A DNA stretch of 64,000 bases from a virus (IMGVR_UViG_3300044719_000253:128001-192000); one strand, 5' to 3'; shown: positions 48,753 through 58,864, counted from the first letter of the stretch. Notes: generated by a model not told the origin, from the sequence alone. A program made the numbers and translations.

Positions 48753-50033
48753 TCATTGCAAAATCGTATCAACGTCCAAAGCGCTGATCTGCATTGGTGT
48801 GAACGTAAGATTGCTATTGGTGGTCTGGGTGCCGATACTGGTCACCGTGGTCGGAAATGCACGGCTGAGTTCTGCTTCCGGTGAAGTGCTGGCAAACATC
48901 CCGCCCACCGCCAACCATTTCTTTTCCGGATCAGTCGAATTGATCGCCCCCTTGACCATGGTGGTACGAAAGTCTGCACTGCCTTCTTGGATCAAGGAGA
49001 TATCAGTCACCGGAAAATCAACGACTGGCAAGTGAGTGGCGACATCCACTTTCATCCGGTCTTCGCGCATCCAGCCTGGGTCGATGGCATCGAGGGTGTC
49101 ATTGATATCAGTGAAATCGGCAAGCCGAGTGGCGTTCGAGATGGGTGCCGTGTCCGAGGGCCTGTACCCGGTGGACAGATTCTTGCCCAAGGATTTTCCA
49201 ACCGATCGTAACGCTGGCGCCCCGACCGTGGTGACTACGTCTTTCAAGCCCCCAATATTCCCAGTCCCGCTGGCGTAACGGGTGGCCGCGTTGGCGGCAG
49301 CTAAGATGATCTGTTGGTCGTTGCCCGCCAAAGTCGAGAGTGAACTGAATGAGTTATTCATACCGCAGCTCATCCCGCCCATCGACAAGCCCGCAATCAA
49401 ACGGGCGGTGCCATCTTTATCAACAATGTTGGTGTTATTGGTGCCCATCACATTGTTGATCAGCGACCCCATCTGGAACGATTGGTTGACGCTGTTATTG
49501 GGCAACCGCACCATGTTAGTGCCGACTTGACCGTAGGTGCCCATCACCGAGGGAATCGGGGTATTGAACAACCGTTTGACTTCTTCAGGCATGGCGTTAT
49601 TGCGCAGCGCGGTAGCAACCGAGGTCAAGCCCGCACCATTCAACCCTGGGATACCGCTAAGCGAACCACTGGACAGGCGCGCCAACAAGCTGGGACCGGA
49701 CATACTGGCCAGGGCTTTGATACCGGATACGCCGCCGACGGCTTTGGACATCGAGGAAGCGTACGACTTGACCGTGTCGAGGAAGCCACCCGAAGTAGCT
49801 GATTTCACCGCGCTCGCGCTACCGCCGATGGAGTCGAGGGTTGGCAGATTGGCCAACATGGCATTGCCGCCGCGCAGCTCGCTGGTGATGTCGCTGACGT
49901 CGGCGATGGCAGACGGGACGGGCAGATCGTTAATCACCGCATCGCTTTGGATCTCATACACGTCCGGCGTTGCGAGGTCATCTTGAGGACCTGCCACAAA
50001 GGTGGTTGATGCAAGAGGGCGATTCGTTAACAT
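48753..50033 (-). CDS. putative virion structural protein
   Basis: 426 aa, S/G/N/A-rich; N-terminal FVAGPQDDLATPDVYE. Confidence 0.55.
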   Translation of the reverse strand: MLTNRPLASTTFVAGPQDDLATPDVYEIQSDAVINDLPVPSAIADVSDITSELRGGNAMLANLPTLDSIGGSASAVKSATSGGFLDTVKSYASSMSKAVGGVSGIKALASMSGPSLLARLSSGSLSGIPGLNGAGLTSVATALRNNAMPEEVKRLFNTPIPSVMGTYGQVGTNMVRLPNNSVNQSFQMGSLINNVMGTNNTNIVDKDGTARLIAGLSMGGMSCGMNNSFSSLSTLAGNDQQIILAAANAATRYASGTGNIGGLKDVVTTVGAPALRSVGKSLGKNLSTGYRPSDTAPISNATRLADFTDINDTLDAIDPGWMREDRMKVDVATHLPVVDFPVTDISLIQEGSADFRTTMVKGAINSTDPEKKWLAVGGMFASTSPEAELSRAFPTTVTSIGTQTTNSNLTFTPMQISALDVDTILQ

Positions 50034-50091
50034 ACGCTACCTTTAAGCAAAAAAAAGACACCCCAGCACGGGGTGTCCAAAGGGAAGTAAA

Positions 50092-50670
50092 TTAAGCCTT
50101 ACGCAAACGTTCGTAGAATTCCGAACTGAGTGGCGTGGGCTGGCGCTGTTGTTGCATGAGTTCGCGCAGGTGGCTTAAGGTTTTCATCAGCATCACCGCA
50201 TTGCCTTGTCGAATCGGGACCTTCCCATCACCGTGGAAATAATACGCATCGAACGGTAAATTTGATTCGGTAAACAGTGCGGCTATCACAGGATGTTGTT
50301 GCAACTGGGCGTGAAGCGCCTGCAGAAACACTTCTGACTCTTGCGGAATCTCGCGCTTACTCAGCACGCCCAGGCGGCATTGTTCCCGGTAATAGCGTTT
50401 GGCTTCGGTGCCATTCAGGTGGCGGAAGGCATCATCACGGCAACCGGTACGCACGTACAGCATGAAACCTTCGATACATTTGAACGGACCGAAATACGGA
50501 TGGGTGAAACGGGCGATGTAGTAGGTCGATAACATCCGGCCCAGTTTGGTTTGGCTGTCCTTGTAATGAACGTTGATGTGAGTGAGGCCATCCAGAGCCG
50601 GCTCTGGCGGCGGCATAGTCGTTGGGGTAGGCTTAGGTGTTGGCATAGGACGGAGTGCAGCGTTCATCAT
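50092..50670 (-). CDS. conserved jumbo-phage protein, possible remote NADAR/YbiA-like fold
   Basis: THINVH...LGRMLS.Y...F.HPYFGPFKCIEGF pattern; ATGA overlap with the upstream gene. Confidence 0.45.
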   Translation of the reverse strand: MMNAALRPMPTPKPTPTTMPPPEPALDGLTHINVHYKDSQTKLGRMLSTYYIARFTHPYFGPFKCIEGFMLYVRTGCRDDAFRHLNGTEAKRYYREQCRLGVLSKREIPQESEVFLQALHAQLQQHPVIAALFTESNLPFDAYYFHGDGKVPIRQGNAVMLMKTLSHLRELMQQQRQPTPLSSEFYERLRKA

Positions 50671-51314
50671 TGGTAGATCGGATCATCGTTGGCGCCATCG
50701 GCTTCGGGCGGTTCATCTTCATCGTCCTCATCCTCGTCATCGTCGTCGGTATCTGTGCCGAGGTCGGTGTGGACAATCCCGGCTTGGATGTCGTCCGGAT
50801 GGGGGTCGAGGAACACAATGGGTTCTTGGTCTTCGGGGACGGGCAGGTTCGCCGCCTGGGGATTGTCGGCGCGTTCTTCCAGCACCTGTTCCAATTCCTC
50901 TTTGAAGCGCGGATCATTCAACAACAGATCGTCGTCCAAGTTCGCCATAGTGCGGTGTACGGTGATGTGGCCATCACGGTGCCGGGCTTCCAACGTAATA
51001 CGAAACTCGATGATTTGCGCAAACCGCAGCGCTTTACAAAACACCTTCCAGCTCATGGCCGGATTGGAAAATTCCTTATTCAGATTACCGCGGTTGTCCG
51101 CATGCTCCTTGTTGTTCTTCTTGGAGCGGTTTTTAGGGTCGTTCAAGAAACGATCCATCAACATCCAGAAACGGTATCCGGACACATGATTTTCTTTCAA
51201 GAAAATCCGCCAGAGTTTCGAGAGCAATCCCCACGAACCGTAGGTTTTGTTGATGCCCTTATTGGGATCATCCAACATTTGCTGGACCGGACGTACCCGT
51301 TTACGATCAGCCAT
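50667..51314 (-). CDS. conserved hypothetical protein with very acidic tail
   Basis: 215 aa; MSWKVFCKALRF core; DDDDEDEDDED tail. Confidence 0.7.
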   Translation of the reverse strand: MADRKRVRPVQQMLDDPNKGINKTYGSWGLLSKLWRIFLKENHVSGYRFWMLMDRFLNDPKNRSKKNNKEHADNRGNLNKEFSNPAMSWKVFCKALRFAQIIEFRITLEARHRDGHITVHRTMANLDDDLLLNDPRFKEELEQVLEERADNPQAANLPVPEDQEPIVFLDPHPDDIQAGIVHTDLGTDTDDDDEDEDDEDEPPEADGANDDPIYQ

Positions 51315-51386
51315 GGCTACCTCAAAGTAAAAGTAAAGTCAAAGAAAGTAAAGCAAAACAAAAGTCAAAGAAAAGTCAAAAGAAAG

Positions 51387-51914
51387 TTAAGAGCGGAATT
51401 TGATCTCGGCGGCGATCTCCATTAACCCGGTACCCAAGTCATACAGCGTGAACAACAACGCATTGAGCATACGCAGGTTATACGAATAGTAATCGGTCGG
51501 TTGGGTCTGCTCAACGTGGCTAATCAGTTCCAGGACACTGAGTTGCAAGGTACGCAGGGCCTCATAGACCGAAGGTAGATAACAACCATCTTCGGTCAAC
51601 AGGAACCGATTGATGGGGCGGGAAAAGTGTTGGTATTGTACGCGCTCTTGATCGATGTAGTGTTGACGCTCCAGTTGTTGAATGTGGCGGGTGATATCGT
51701 GCACACACGCCTCGATGGTGGGATGGGCCACTTGCACCACTTTACCGCGCCCATCGTTCAAGGTGAACTTTTGATACGGCGATAAATCCATGGCACTGTA
51801 AATCACCCGTACCCGTTCGATGATTGGCAGTTGTGCCAGATCGACCTCTGGTTCTTTGGTGATGATGGGCTTGCTGAGCGCAGCACGTACCCGTTCCCAG
51901 ATGGGTTTAAACAT
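51387..51914 (-). CDS. hypothetical protein
   Basis: 175 aa, SD AAGGAGA. Confidence 0.7.
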   Translation of the reverse strand: MFKPIWERVRAALSKPIITKEPEVDLAQLPIIERVRVIYSAMDLSPYQKFTLNDGRGKVVQVAHPTIEACVHDITRHIQQLERQHYIDQERVQYQHFSRPINRFLLTEDGCYLPSVYEALRTLQLSVLELISHVEQTQPTDYYSYNLRMLNALLFTLYDLGTGLMEIAAEIKFRS

Positions 51915-51952
51915 GGACTCTCCTTGTAGAAATTACACATGCTTACATTTTA

Positions 51953-51977
51953 ATGATATAGACCTGAGATCTGTTAG
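51953..51977 (-). promoter_or_regulatory. putative early promoter variant CTAA-N13-TATATCAT
   Basis: Same bipartite spacing as the other four copies. Confidence 0.55.
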
Positions 51978-52015
51978 AATCTCTGTGAACCGCATACGTT
52001 TATAAGGACTGCATA

Positions 52016-52564
52016 ATGAGCGCTGAAGACGATTTCGATGGGGTGGAAGAACAGTACCCCGCTATCCAGCAACAAGCCAAGGAAGTCATGAGCACCCCAG
52101 CGGAAGTGAGTTACGTGCCGCCGTTGCCGAGCAACCCCACCGATGTGCTGGACCTGGACAATGTGTTGGCTTTTACCCAGAATGTACGTCTGGGGGCGAT
52201 CAAGACACTGAACCATGCGCTCAAACAAGGCGTGGATTCGGAAACTGTCAATGCGCTGTTGAAAGCGGCGAGCGATATGGACAAAGCGGTGGTTAACCGT
52301 CGCCGCGTTGGTATCGAAGAAGAAGCGGCCAAAACGTCGGAACAAACCCAACGCGATACGGCGGCGATCTTGCGCAGTCTGGCTGGCAAAGCCAATGCGT
52401 TCCGCTTGGCCCCGAATGAAGTCGATCCCAACCGCAAAGCCCCGAGTCTGGATGCCACCATTCCGCTGCCGGAAGGGGTGCCGGATGAAACCGCGATCGG
52501 CACGCAACAGATGACATACGACGGCTTCGCCAAAGAGAATGGTTTCCAAACCCCCCAGTCGTAA
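52016..52564 (+). CDS. hypothetical helical protein
   Basis: 182 aa, SD AAGGA, ends at a convergent hairpin. Confidence 0.7.
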   Translation: MSAEDDFDGVEEQYPAIQQQAKEVMSTPAEVSYVPPLPSNPTDVLDLDNVLAFTQNVRLGAIKTLNHALKQGVDSETVNALLKAASDMDKAVVNRRRVGIEEEAAKTSEQTQRDTAAILRSLAGKANAFRLAPNEVDPNRKAPSLDATIPLPEGVPDETAIGTQQMTYDGFAKENGFQTPQS

Positions 52565-52634
52565 CTGGGGGCTGGGTTACCTGCCTGCAACCTACTACCC
52601 AACCCTCGCGGGCGGGTAGTAGGGGCGTATGATG

Positions 52635-53378
52635 TCAATTCACTGGCTGGACGATGCTAAATTGTTCAATGGGTAGGAACTGAAGGTCTAAACCGCCACG
52701 TATTCCACGTTGTAATGCTTCAAAAGGTCCCCAATCAAATTCGGTTTGCTGTTGTGCGATCTCTTCTTCAGTGGGTGTATGAACAAAATAGAGAGCTGGC
52801 GCAAAAAGCGTGACCTCGGGCATGGGTCGTTGGGTAAGCGCAAGCTGTTGCACCTTGAGCCAATGTTCGTAATCGTACATCAACATCGCTGAGAAATTGG
52901 TTTTGCAGTAATCAGGGGTTAGCGCTTCATCAGGTAAGTGTTCCGCAACGACAGAGAGGGGTGCTTTGACCCCAGGGTCGGGTAGTAACTTAGTGACTAC
53001 GGCTCCCAAAATCTGCTGGGTGATTTCATCAGAGAGCTGGTACGGGTACGTGTTGATCACCACGCGCACACCTTGGTGGAACGGCCTGGATAATGTTTGC
53101 TTCAGCAGCGAAAGAACGAGTTCACGCAAAAACGTGTCGATGTTAGTCGAGCACGACAAAGCAAGCGTCTCTTCATCGCGTGCAGCATACAGAGTTTTGT
53201 AGGCTTCCACACTCACGGCTGGAAAGTTATCATCCTTTCGGTTATGATAGTTTCCTTGTAATACTTGTAAAGCCACTGCATGACCGGCCAACTTGGCCAC
53301 GGTCGCAATGCGGGTATCGAGGAGAACATCCAACGATACCAGTACACCGGATACTACTGTGTCGGCAGAAGCTGTCAT
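52635..53378 (-). CDS. conserved hypothetical protein (possible degenerate HAD-like motif)
   Basis: 247 aa; VLVSLDVLLDTR. Confidence 0.6.
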   Translation of the reverse strand: MTASADTVVSGVLVSLDVLLDTRIATVAKLAGHAVALQVLQGNYHNRKDDNFPAVSVEAYKTLYAARDEETLALSCSTNIDTFLRELVLSLLKQTLSRPFHQGVRVVINTYPYQLSDEITQQILGAVVTKLLPDPGVKAPLSVVAEHLPDEALTPDYCKTNFSAMLMYDYEHWLKVQQLALTQRPMPEVTLFAPALYFVHTPTEEEIAQQQTEFDWGPFEALQRGIRGGLDLQFLPIEQFSIVQPVN

Positions 53379-53409
53379 GACACGGTGTCTCTTTCAGTTT
53401 TGGATGTGT

Positions 53410-53937
53410 TTATTGGTCTTGGTTATTATTGGTACCGGGCGTTTGTAATACCTCGTGTACCATCGGGATGAAAGCGATCGACAGCAAAATCACCACCACC
53501 CAATTGTTGGATGCCAGCAACTTCTTGGCGTCCGTATGCGTCAGAATCTCCTGGGGGAATTGCTCGGGCATGCCGGACAACTCCACCAGATCTTGGTCTT
53601 CCAACCCCAACGCTTCGGCTGCACCCAGATCGAGTGAAGCACTTTGAGCGAGGAGGTCGATGACCGTCCCCACCATCGATTGGCCGTACGCAAACGCCAC
53701 GCGGGTAAAAAACACGTAGCGGGTGTTAAATAGCCAATCGCGAAACACTTCGTCGGCAAACACTTCGTCGTTTTTCTCGTTGAAGTGGTCTTGCGAGAAC
53801 AAGTACAGGGCGGTCCAACTGCCTGCGATTTCAATCAGCTTGGTGCGGACTTTGATCGCTTGTTCATCCGACAAATTACTCAGCGTCTGTCGGACCGTTT
53901 CGATGAAGATCGGCCCGACCTCGTTAAAATTCTGCAT
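53410..53937 (-). CDS. hypothetical protein with C-terminal hydrophobic segment
   Basis: 175 aa; NWVVVILLSIAFIPMV. Confidence 0.65.
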   Translation of the reverse strand: MQNFNEVGPIFIETVRQTLSNLSDEQAIKVRTKLIEIAGSWTALYLFSQDHFNEKNDEVFADEVFRDWLFNTRYVFFTRVAFAYGQSMVGTVIDLLAQSASLDLGAAEALGLEDQDLVELSGMPEQFPQEILTHTDAKKLLASNNWVVVILLSIAFIPMVHEVLQTPGTNNNQDQ

Positions 53938-53996
53938 TTCCCCGTCCGCAACATTTTTGGTGTTATTTATCGATTGTCAAATCGACAGCACAGCGA

Positions 53997-54668
53997 TCAC
54001 GTCAACTTGGTCGACAAGTGCATGCTGGTCAAATACGTCTCCAGCGTGCGGGTCGATTCCACCCCACCGGCCAAATGCTCAATGGCTTTCATGGAGAATC
54101 CCCCGGTCTTGTCGATCATGGCGTTGGAGGCATCGAAGGCTTTGATGTCACCGCCACGCACTTTAATCTGTTCCGTGATCAGGTTCGGCAAGTCGAGCGC
54201 GGCCAGCACCTGGATCTCGGGTGACGACAGTTTACTGCCTTTCGATTCGCCAGCGGCTTGGCCGGTGAGTTCATCCACCGAACGGTTGTGTTTCGGGATC
54301 CTGGCTTTCTTTTCCAACAGCTGTGCTTGGCGACGGTACGGCAAATCCACCACCAAGTACTTTTTGTTAGTGAGAAACGCCGGCGTCTTGCCATCGTTCG
54401 GATTGATCCACACACGCTGGTAAAATTCATGCCCCATGTCTTTCGCCATGGCCAGCGCATTTTCGATCGTGAGTTTATGGGTGCCGAGATTCGGGTCCAG
54501 AATCGGCAGACGAATGCCGCTTTTGATCTTCATCATGAAGGCATCAAACGCAACATCGTCCATCTTGGCAAACAGGTCACGGTAAATCTGGGTGGTGGGG
54601 CCACCCGGCGCCATTTGCTCAACCCTTTTCAGGATCACGGCTTCGGCGGCTTGTCGATTCTTTGGCAT
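53997..54668 (-). CDS. rpoB: virion RNAP beta C-terminal subunit (gp149-like)
   Basis: DELTGQAAGESKGSKLSSPEIQVL corresponds to the beta C-terminal TQQPLGGK...GEME region. Start at 54668 by SD GAGG. Confidence 0.85.
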   Translation of the reverse strand: MPKNRQAAEAVILKRVEQMAPGGPTTQIYRDLFAKMDDVAFDAFMMKIKSGIRLPILDPNLGTHKLTIENALAMAKDMGHEFYQRVWINPNDGKTPAFLTNKKYLVVDLPYRRQAQLLEKKARIPKHNRSVDELTGQAAGESKGSKLSSPEIQVLAALDLPNLITEQIKVRGGDIKAFDASNAMIDKTGGFSMKAIEHLAGGVESTRTLETYLTSMHLSTKLT

Positions 54669-55170
54669 CTTGATCCTCATCTTGATCTATGGTGACAAGA
54701 TAGTTCGCGCACGGGCTACCATGCCCTGCCACGTATTCCATCATGTCTTGGGTGTCAGATGATACCCCGTCATAGAAAGAGATGCCATGCGTACAGACTT
54801 CCGCCATTTCCTCGTTACACCAAAAGCCCGCCAAGGCATTATACGTCTTACCTTGGCGATTGGTGCGCACCCGTGCGCCTTCGACATCGATATCATCCCA
54901 GGCCGGGATGAATTCGCACCAATGGTAACCGTGTTCCAGGCACCAGTCAGCAATCAACTTGCTCACCCCGCTACGGCCTTCACTGAAGATAAAGCAGATG
55001 CGGGATTGGATCTCAGGTTGATCGAAACCTTGGGTGCGCAGGTACAGTTCCATGCATTGATTAAACAGCACACGGTCGGTGAAAACACGGCTACCAAAGA
55101 CCACGATGCGATAGTCGAATTCGCTTAAGCGTTCCTTTTCAATCGGCCGCTTGGGGTGTTTCGGGTTCAT
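54619..55170 (-). CDS. YspA/DUF2493-like SLOG-family protein
   Basis: RIVVFGSRVFTD, AGFWCNEEMA, FYDGVSSDT.DM motifs. Confidence 0.75.
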   Translation of the reverse strand: MNPKHPKRPIEKERLSEFDYRIVVFGSRVFTDRVLFNQCMELYLRTQGFDQPEIQSRICFIFSEGRSGVSKLIADWCLEHGYHWCEFIPAWDDIDVEGARVRTNRQGKTYNALAGFWCNEEMAEVCTHGISFYDGVSSDTQDMMEYVAGHGSPCANYLVTIDQDEDQDAKESTSRRSRDPEKG

Positions 55171-55540
55171 GAGCTTTTACCTTCAACGCGCCCGCGCGAA
55201 TGGCGCTCGGGATCACGTCCTTCTTGAAATGGAAGATCCAATCCGTCAACTCCCAGCGCCCGTCGACCAGGCAGCCACGGGCATTGCGGGTCAGCAGAAT
55301 CTGTTCGTTGGTCAAGCCTTCGATCAACAGTCCACGCCAGCGGCGGTTGATCAAGAAGCGTTGCACGTTCAGGTCCGACGAAGTCAAGGCTTCTGGTTCC
55401 AGCCCGACTTGCCAGGCTTCTGGATTTTCCACCCCAGCTTCGGTGAGCATCAGCGTCACGGTTTCCACCAGCGACAGCGGATGGTCGTGCTGTTCGGAAG
55501 GGTTTTGCTCAGCGGACAGGGTTTGATCTACAGTATCCAT
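55139..55540 (-). CDS. hypothetical protein
   Basis: 133 aa in the minus-strand operon. Confidence 0.65.
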   Translation of the reverse strand: MDTVDQTLSAEQNPSEQHDHPLSLVETVTLMLTEAGVENPEAWQVGLEPEALTSSDLNVQRFLINRRWRGLLIEGLTNEQILLTRNARGCLVDGRWELTDWIFHFKKDVIPSAIRAGALKVKAHEPETPQAAD

Positions 55541-55586
55541 ATCAGAAGTAATTAAGTATCAAAAAGTTAACGAACTGAAATTTCTA

Positions 55587-55757
55587 TTATTTCCGGTACA
55601 ACGCCACCAGGATCTGAACCAGCATCAGAAAGATCCCCAGCAACAGCATAAAAATTGCTTTAGCTGGCTGACCGCTATACATGAAGAATAAACTACCGCC
55701 TGTGATCGTAGCGCTCATGATCCCCAGCAACGTATGCATATAGCGAGTCATACCACC
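55587..55757 (-). CDS. small two-TM membrane protein
   Basis: SD GAGGAGG before MTRYMHTLLGIM...; two hydrophobic segments. Confidence 0.6.
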   Translation of the reverse strand, partial: GGMTRYMHTLLGIMSATITGGSLFFMYSGQPAKAIFMLLLGIFLMLVQILVALYRK

Positions 55758-56233
55758 TCCTCGAAGCGCCCATCTTCGATCTCGTCGCGACAGCGCGCCC
55801 ATACGAGGCCGGTGTCCAGGCTTTGGTAAAAGTAGGCCGGAGTGTTGGTGGCTTCCAGTCGCGCGACATCAGGCCCCATGATCACGGTGTACAATCCGCC
55901 CGACTTCTTATGGCGGATGCATTGCCCCACCCCAAACATAAACGACGGGATATTGACCCGGCGGTTCTCGTGCGGAACCTCAACACCTTGATCCGAATAG
56001 AAGCGGTGGCGGATTTCATCTACTTCATTAGGCGGCAGCGCATACCAATCGCCGTTCTCCACGTAGGTTTGCGTATAAAAGCCGACTTTATCTGATCCGC
56101 TTGTAAAGATCATGTACGCTGGCGCCCCGTGATGTTGACAATGTTCCGGAGTCGCCAGAATTAAGCAGTGGAACACACTGCGCTTATAACGCAGAATCTG
56201 CCCGCGACTGAATTGTGGTTTGATTTTGGACAT
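55748..56233 (-). CDS. protein with C-terminal DUF1653-like SH3 domain
   Basis: RHKKSGGLYTV...ATNTPAYFYQSLDTGLVWAR...GRFEEV. Confidence 0.65.
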   Translation of the reverse strand: MSKIKPQFSRGQILRYKRSVFHCLILATPEHCQHHGAPAYMIFTSGSDKVGFYTQTYVENGDWYALPPNEVDEIRHRFYSDQGVEVPHENRRVNIPSFMFGVGQCIRHKKSGGLYTVIMGPDVARLEATNTPAYFYQSLDTGLVWARCRDEIEDGRFEEVV

Positions 56234-56291
56234 TGAAGCAGTATTCGAGTTGTTATGAAAAGATACGCCCCCGCTCGGAGGGCGTATTCGA

Positions 56292-57860
56292 TTATGCAGT
56301 CTTCAGTTCCAGTTCTTTGGCGAGACCGTAGATCGCTTTGCCTTCTTCCATATCGGTCAGGAGCGGACCCCATTCCATGGCGTTCAGCTTCGACTCATAC
56401 GGGCCCTTATTGACCTTCCTGGCCGCTTCTGGACCGACGACTTGGTCGTACCAGTACGGATGGTAGCCGCCGTGGTACATGCGCCACAGGTCGATGGTGG
56501 ACAGTTCCGGGCATGGACCTTCGCCGAGGCACCAGTAACCACGCGTGTTGAGCAGGACCTTCCAGTCATAACCACGCGCCGTCAAACCCTTGTAGAGTTC
56601 ATCCGGCTCCACGAACCAGCCTTCTTCGATGATCCACGGCCAGTGCTCGTGCATCTGCTTCATTTCCATCGTGAAGTTCAGAGCGCGGCGGAACAACGGA
56701 TCGTCATCGATCACCATACGCACGGTGTTACGGGTCACCTTCACGCCAGGATACAGCATCAGTTCCATGATCGAGCCACCGCCACCGGAGACTTCCATAC
56801 CCCAGCGTTTGCGGCTGCGCAGGTAGTGAAATTCGGTCAGTTCCGGTTGCACGCCATATTTCTGCGACACCAGCAGTTCATGCCAGATACCCGATGCACC
56901 ACCTTTGCAACGCAGTTGCTTGAGCTTCGACAATTGCAAGTCAGTGTCACCAGGGCGGGCCAGTGCCGGTTCCAGCGGGTATTCCGGCTTCTTGTCATCG
57001 TCCCAGAGGGGGTCGGACTTTTCGATCCACCAGCAGTCATGCGTAACCGTGGTGAATTTGTTGGTGGCGCCTTTAATGGCTTCCGACGATGGCAGATTAC
57101 GCAGTTGACGGCGCGGCGGTGCATGGGGCGAAGCGCCGATGTCCATGTTCTTGCCTGTCTGTGCCACCAGCACCGTGTAGTTGTTGGCCTGGATCGTCAC
57201 ACGCGGCAGTTCGGCGAGGAAGTTGGTTTTGACCAGACTGGCGCGCATGTTGATGATGTTCTGCGCACTCGATCCCAGTTCCGTCTTTTCGCGCACTGCG
57301 TCAATATCGTCGGTATCGAATTCCGACAGCGGGTCCACGGCACAGAAGGTCGGCACGAACATCTTGAAAGGCGTCTTACCGCCGCGGTCGACAAACGGCG
57401 TGTCGTAGTTATTTTTGCGATCTTTCCGTTTGGCTTCGAGCCAGTCTTTGACCACTTCGAAAAACTTGTTGCCACTGTAGACGACTTTGTTCGTCAACGT
57501 GAAACGGCCTGCCGAGAACAGATCACGCCCACAGAGGTCGCGGATCCCGAGCTGCAGATCGGTCATACGTGGCTCGTTTTTATTGACGTCCGCATCGTAG
57601 AAGATACCTGCACTAAGGGTCGGGAAATCCCAAGCTGTCACACGCCCCATGGCGGTATAAATCATCCATTCAGCCAGCGTGGATTTACCGTTGTTACCAC
57701 CCGAGGCAATCCCCATGATGTAGGAAAGACCGCCCGACAAGACGTTTTGACGATGCAATCCTCTGTAGTAGCTTCCGTTGAGAACGTCGAAGCCAGCACC
57801 AATGGGGCATGACGGATTAATAAATGCTGCGGGTTGAAGATTGGTGGGAAGTAAGCTCAC
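56292..57860 (-). CDS. uvsX: UvsX/RecA-like recombinase (phiKZ gp152-like)
   Basis: P-loop GIASGGNNGKST, Walker-B-like AVDPLSE; 522 aa. Confidence 0.82.
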   Translation of the reverse strand: MSLLPTNLQPAAFINPSCPIGAGFDVLNGSYYRGLHRQNVLSGGLSYIMGIASGGNNGKSTLAEWMIYTAMGRVTAWDFPTLSAGIFYDADVNKNEPRMTDLQLGIRDLCGRDLFSAGRFTLTNKVVYSGNKFFEVVKDWLEAKRKDRKNNYDTPFVDRGGKTPFKMFVPTFCAVDPLSEFDTDDIDAVREKTELGSSAQNIINMRASLVKTNFLAELPRVTIQANNYTVLVAQTGKNMDIGASPHAPPRRQLRNLPSSEAIKGATNKFTTVTHDCWWIEKSDPLWDDDKKPEYPLEPALARPGDTDLQLSKLKQLRCKGGASGIWHELLVSQKYGVQPELTEFHYLRSRKRWGMEVSGGGGSIMELMLYPGVKVTRNTVRMVIDDDPLFRRALNFTMEMKQMHEHWPWIIEEGWFVEPDELYKGLTARGYDWKVLLNTRGYWCLGEGPCPELSTIDLWRMYHGGYHPYWYDQVVGPEAARKVNKGPYESKLNAMEWGPLLTDMEEGKAIYGLAKELELKTA

Positions 57861-57997
57861 TGATAGCTCCGTTTTCTTGTGAATGAGGCACTGCTGCTTC
57901 GATGCCGGACCGTAGAATATGGCCCGGTAATAAATTTTATGATTCGCAATTCCGATGTGTAATCGGTTCTCCCAACTTTTGTGAAAAGATCACGACC

Positions 57998-58864
57998 ATG
58001 ACTCTCCCCGCCCACCACCTGAAAACCGATCCGCTCCAAGAGATGGAGCGCCTGCGCCTGCTGATCAACCATGAAACCTTTTCGGTCTCGGGTATCGTGC
58101 ATTCGCTGCAAAACCTGATCCCGACGCTGCAAAAGAATTTCCAAGGTTTCATCCACGGCTTCAGCAAATCCGAGCCGGCGGTGCAACTGAAGGGTGACGA
58201 GCGTGACTTCCTCAAACAAGTCGAAGGGCGGGTGTACCTGAACCTCGCACCGTTGCTGGCATATGTTCCGGAAGGGCTGGACGTGCCGTACCTGGAATAC
58301 CTCAGCGTGCTGCAACAAGCGGTCATGCATTGCCACGAAACCACGCTGAAAACCCTGAACGACTACTCGGTGTATCTGGCCCAGATCATCACCAACCGCC
58401 AACTCAAGATCACCGGGATGCCCCATGACGCGGCGTATGCGAAGATGGAAAAGACTCGGCAAGAGCTGACCCAACGTCTGGCCAAGTGCTTCAAGACCGG
58501 CTCGTCGCGGGCTGAAGCCACCTATGGCGATGTGGTGGGCCGGAATGGTGACTGGGCTGAAGTGTTTAAAGAGATCGCTCGCATCGACCAGCTGGTTAAC
58601 AAGATCGACCGCAGTGCACTGCATCAAAAGGCCGAGGAATGCAATACCCAGCTCAACACCATCATCAAGCAGATTCGCAACAACGAGTTTGAAGGCGCGG
58701 GCCCGGAAGTCACCAACAACCTGGCCGGGGGTGCCTACCAAGCGGGCGCGGAACTGGAATTCTTCGCCGCTACGTACTTCCGCGTGATGACGCTCAATAC
58801 TGCGATCGCGGACACCATGCGCAAGGTGAGCGAGATCCTGAAAGAGCAAAACGAAAATCGCTAA
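57998..58864 (+). CDS. helical protein, probably virion-associated
   Basis: About 288 aa from ATG at 57998; codon-biased; TATG motif near 57938. Confidence 0.65.
   Translation: MTLPAHHLKTDPLQEMERLRLLINHETFSVSGIVHSLQNLIPTLQKNFQGFIHGFSKSEPAVQLKGDERDFLKQVEGRVYLNLAPLLAYVPEGLDVPYLEYLSVLQQAVMHCHETTLKTLNDYSVYLAQIITNRQLKITGMPHDAAYAKMEKTRQELTQRLAKCFKTGSSRAEATYGDVVGRNGDWAEVFKEIARIDQLVNKIDRSALHQKAEECNTQLNTIIKQIRNNEFEGAGPEVTNNLAGGAYQAGAELEFFAATYFRVMTLNTAIADTMRKVSEILKEQNENR

Noticed and set aside
50700-50760. TCA/TCG/TCC trinucleotide-like repeat
   Set aside because: It simply encodes the Asp/Glu-rich tail of the 215-aa protein.
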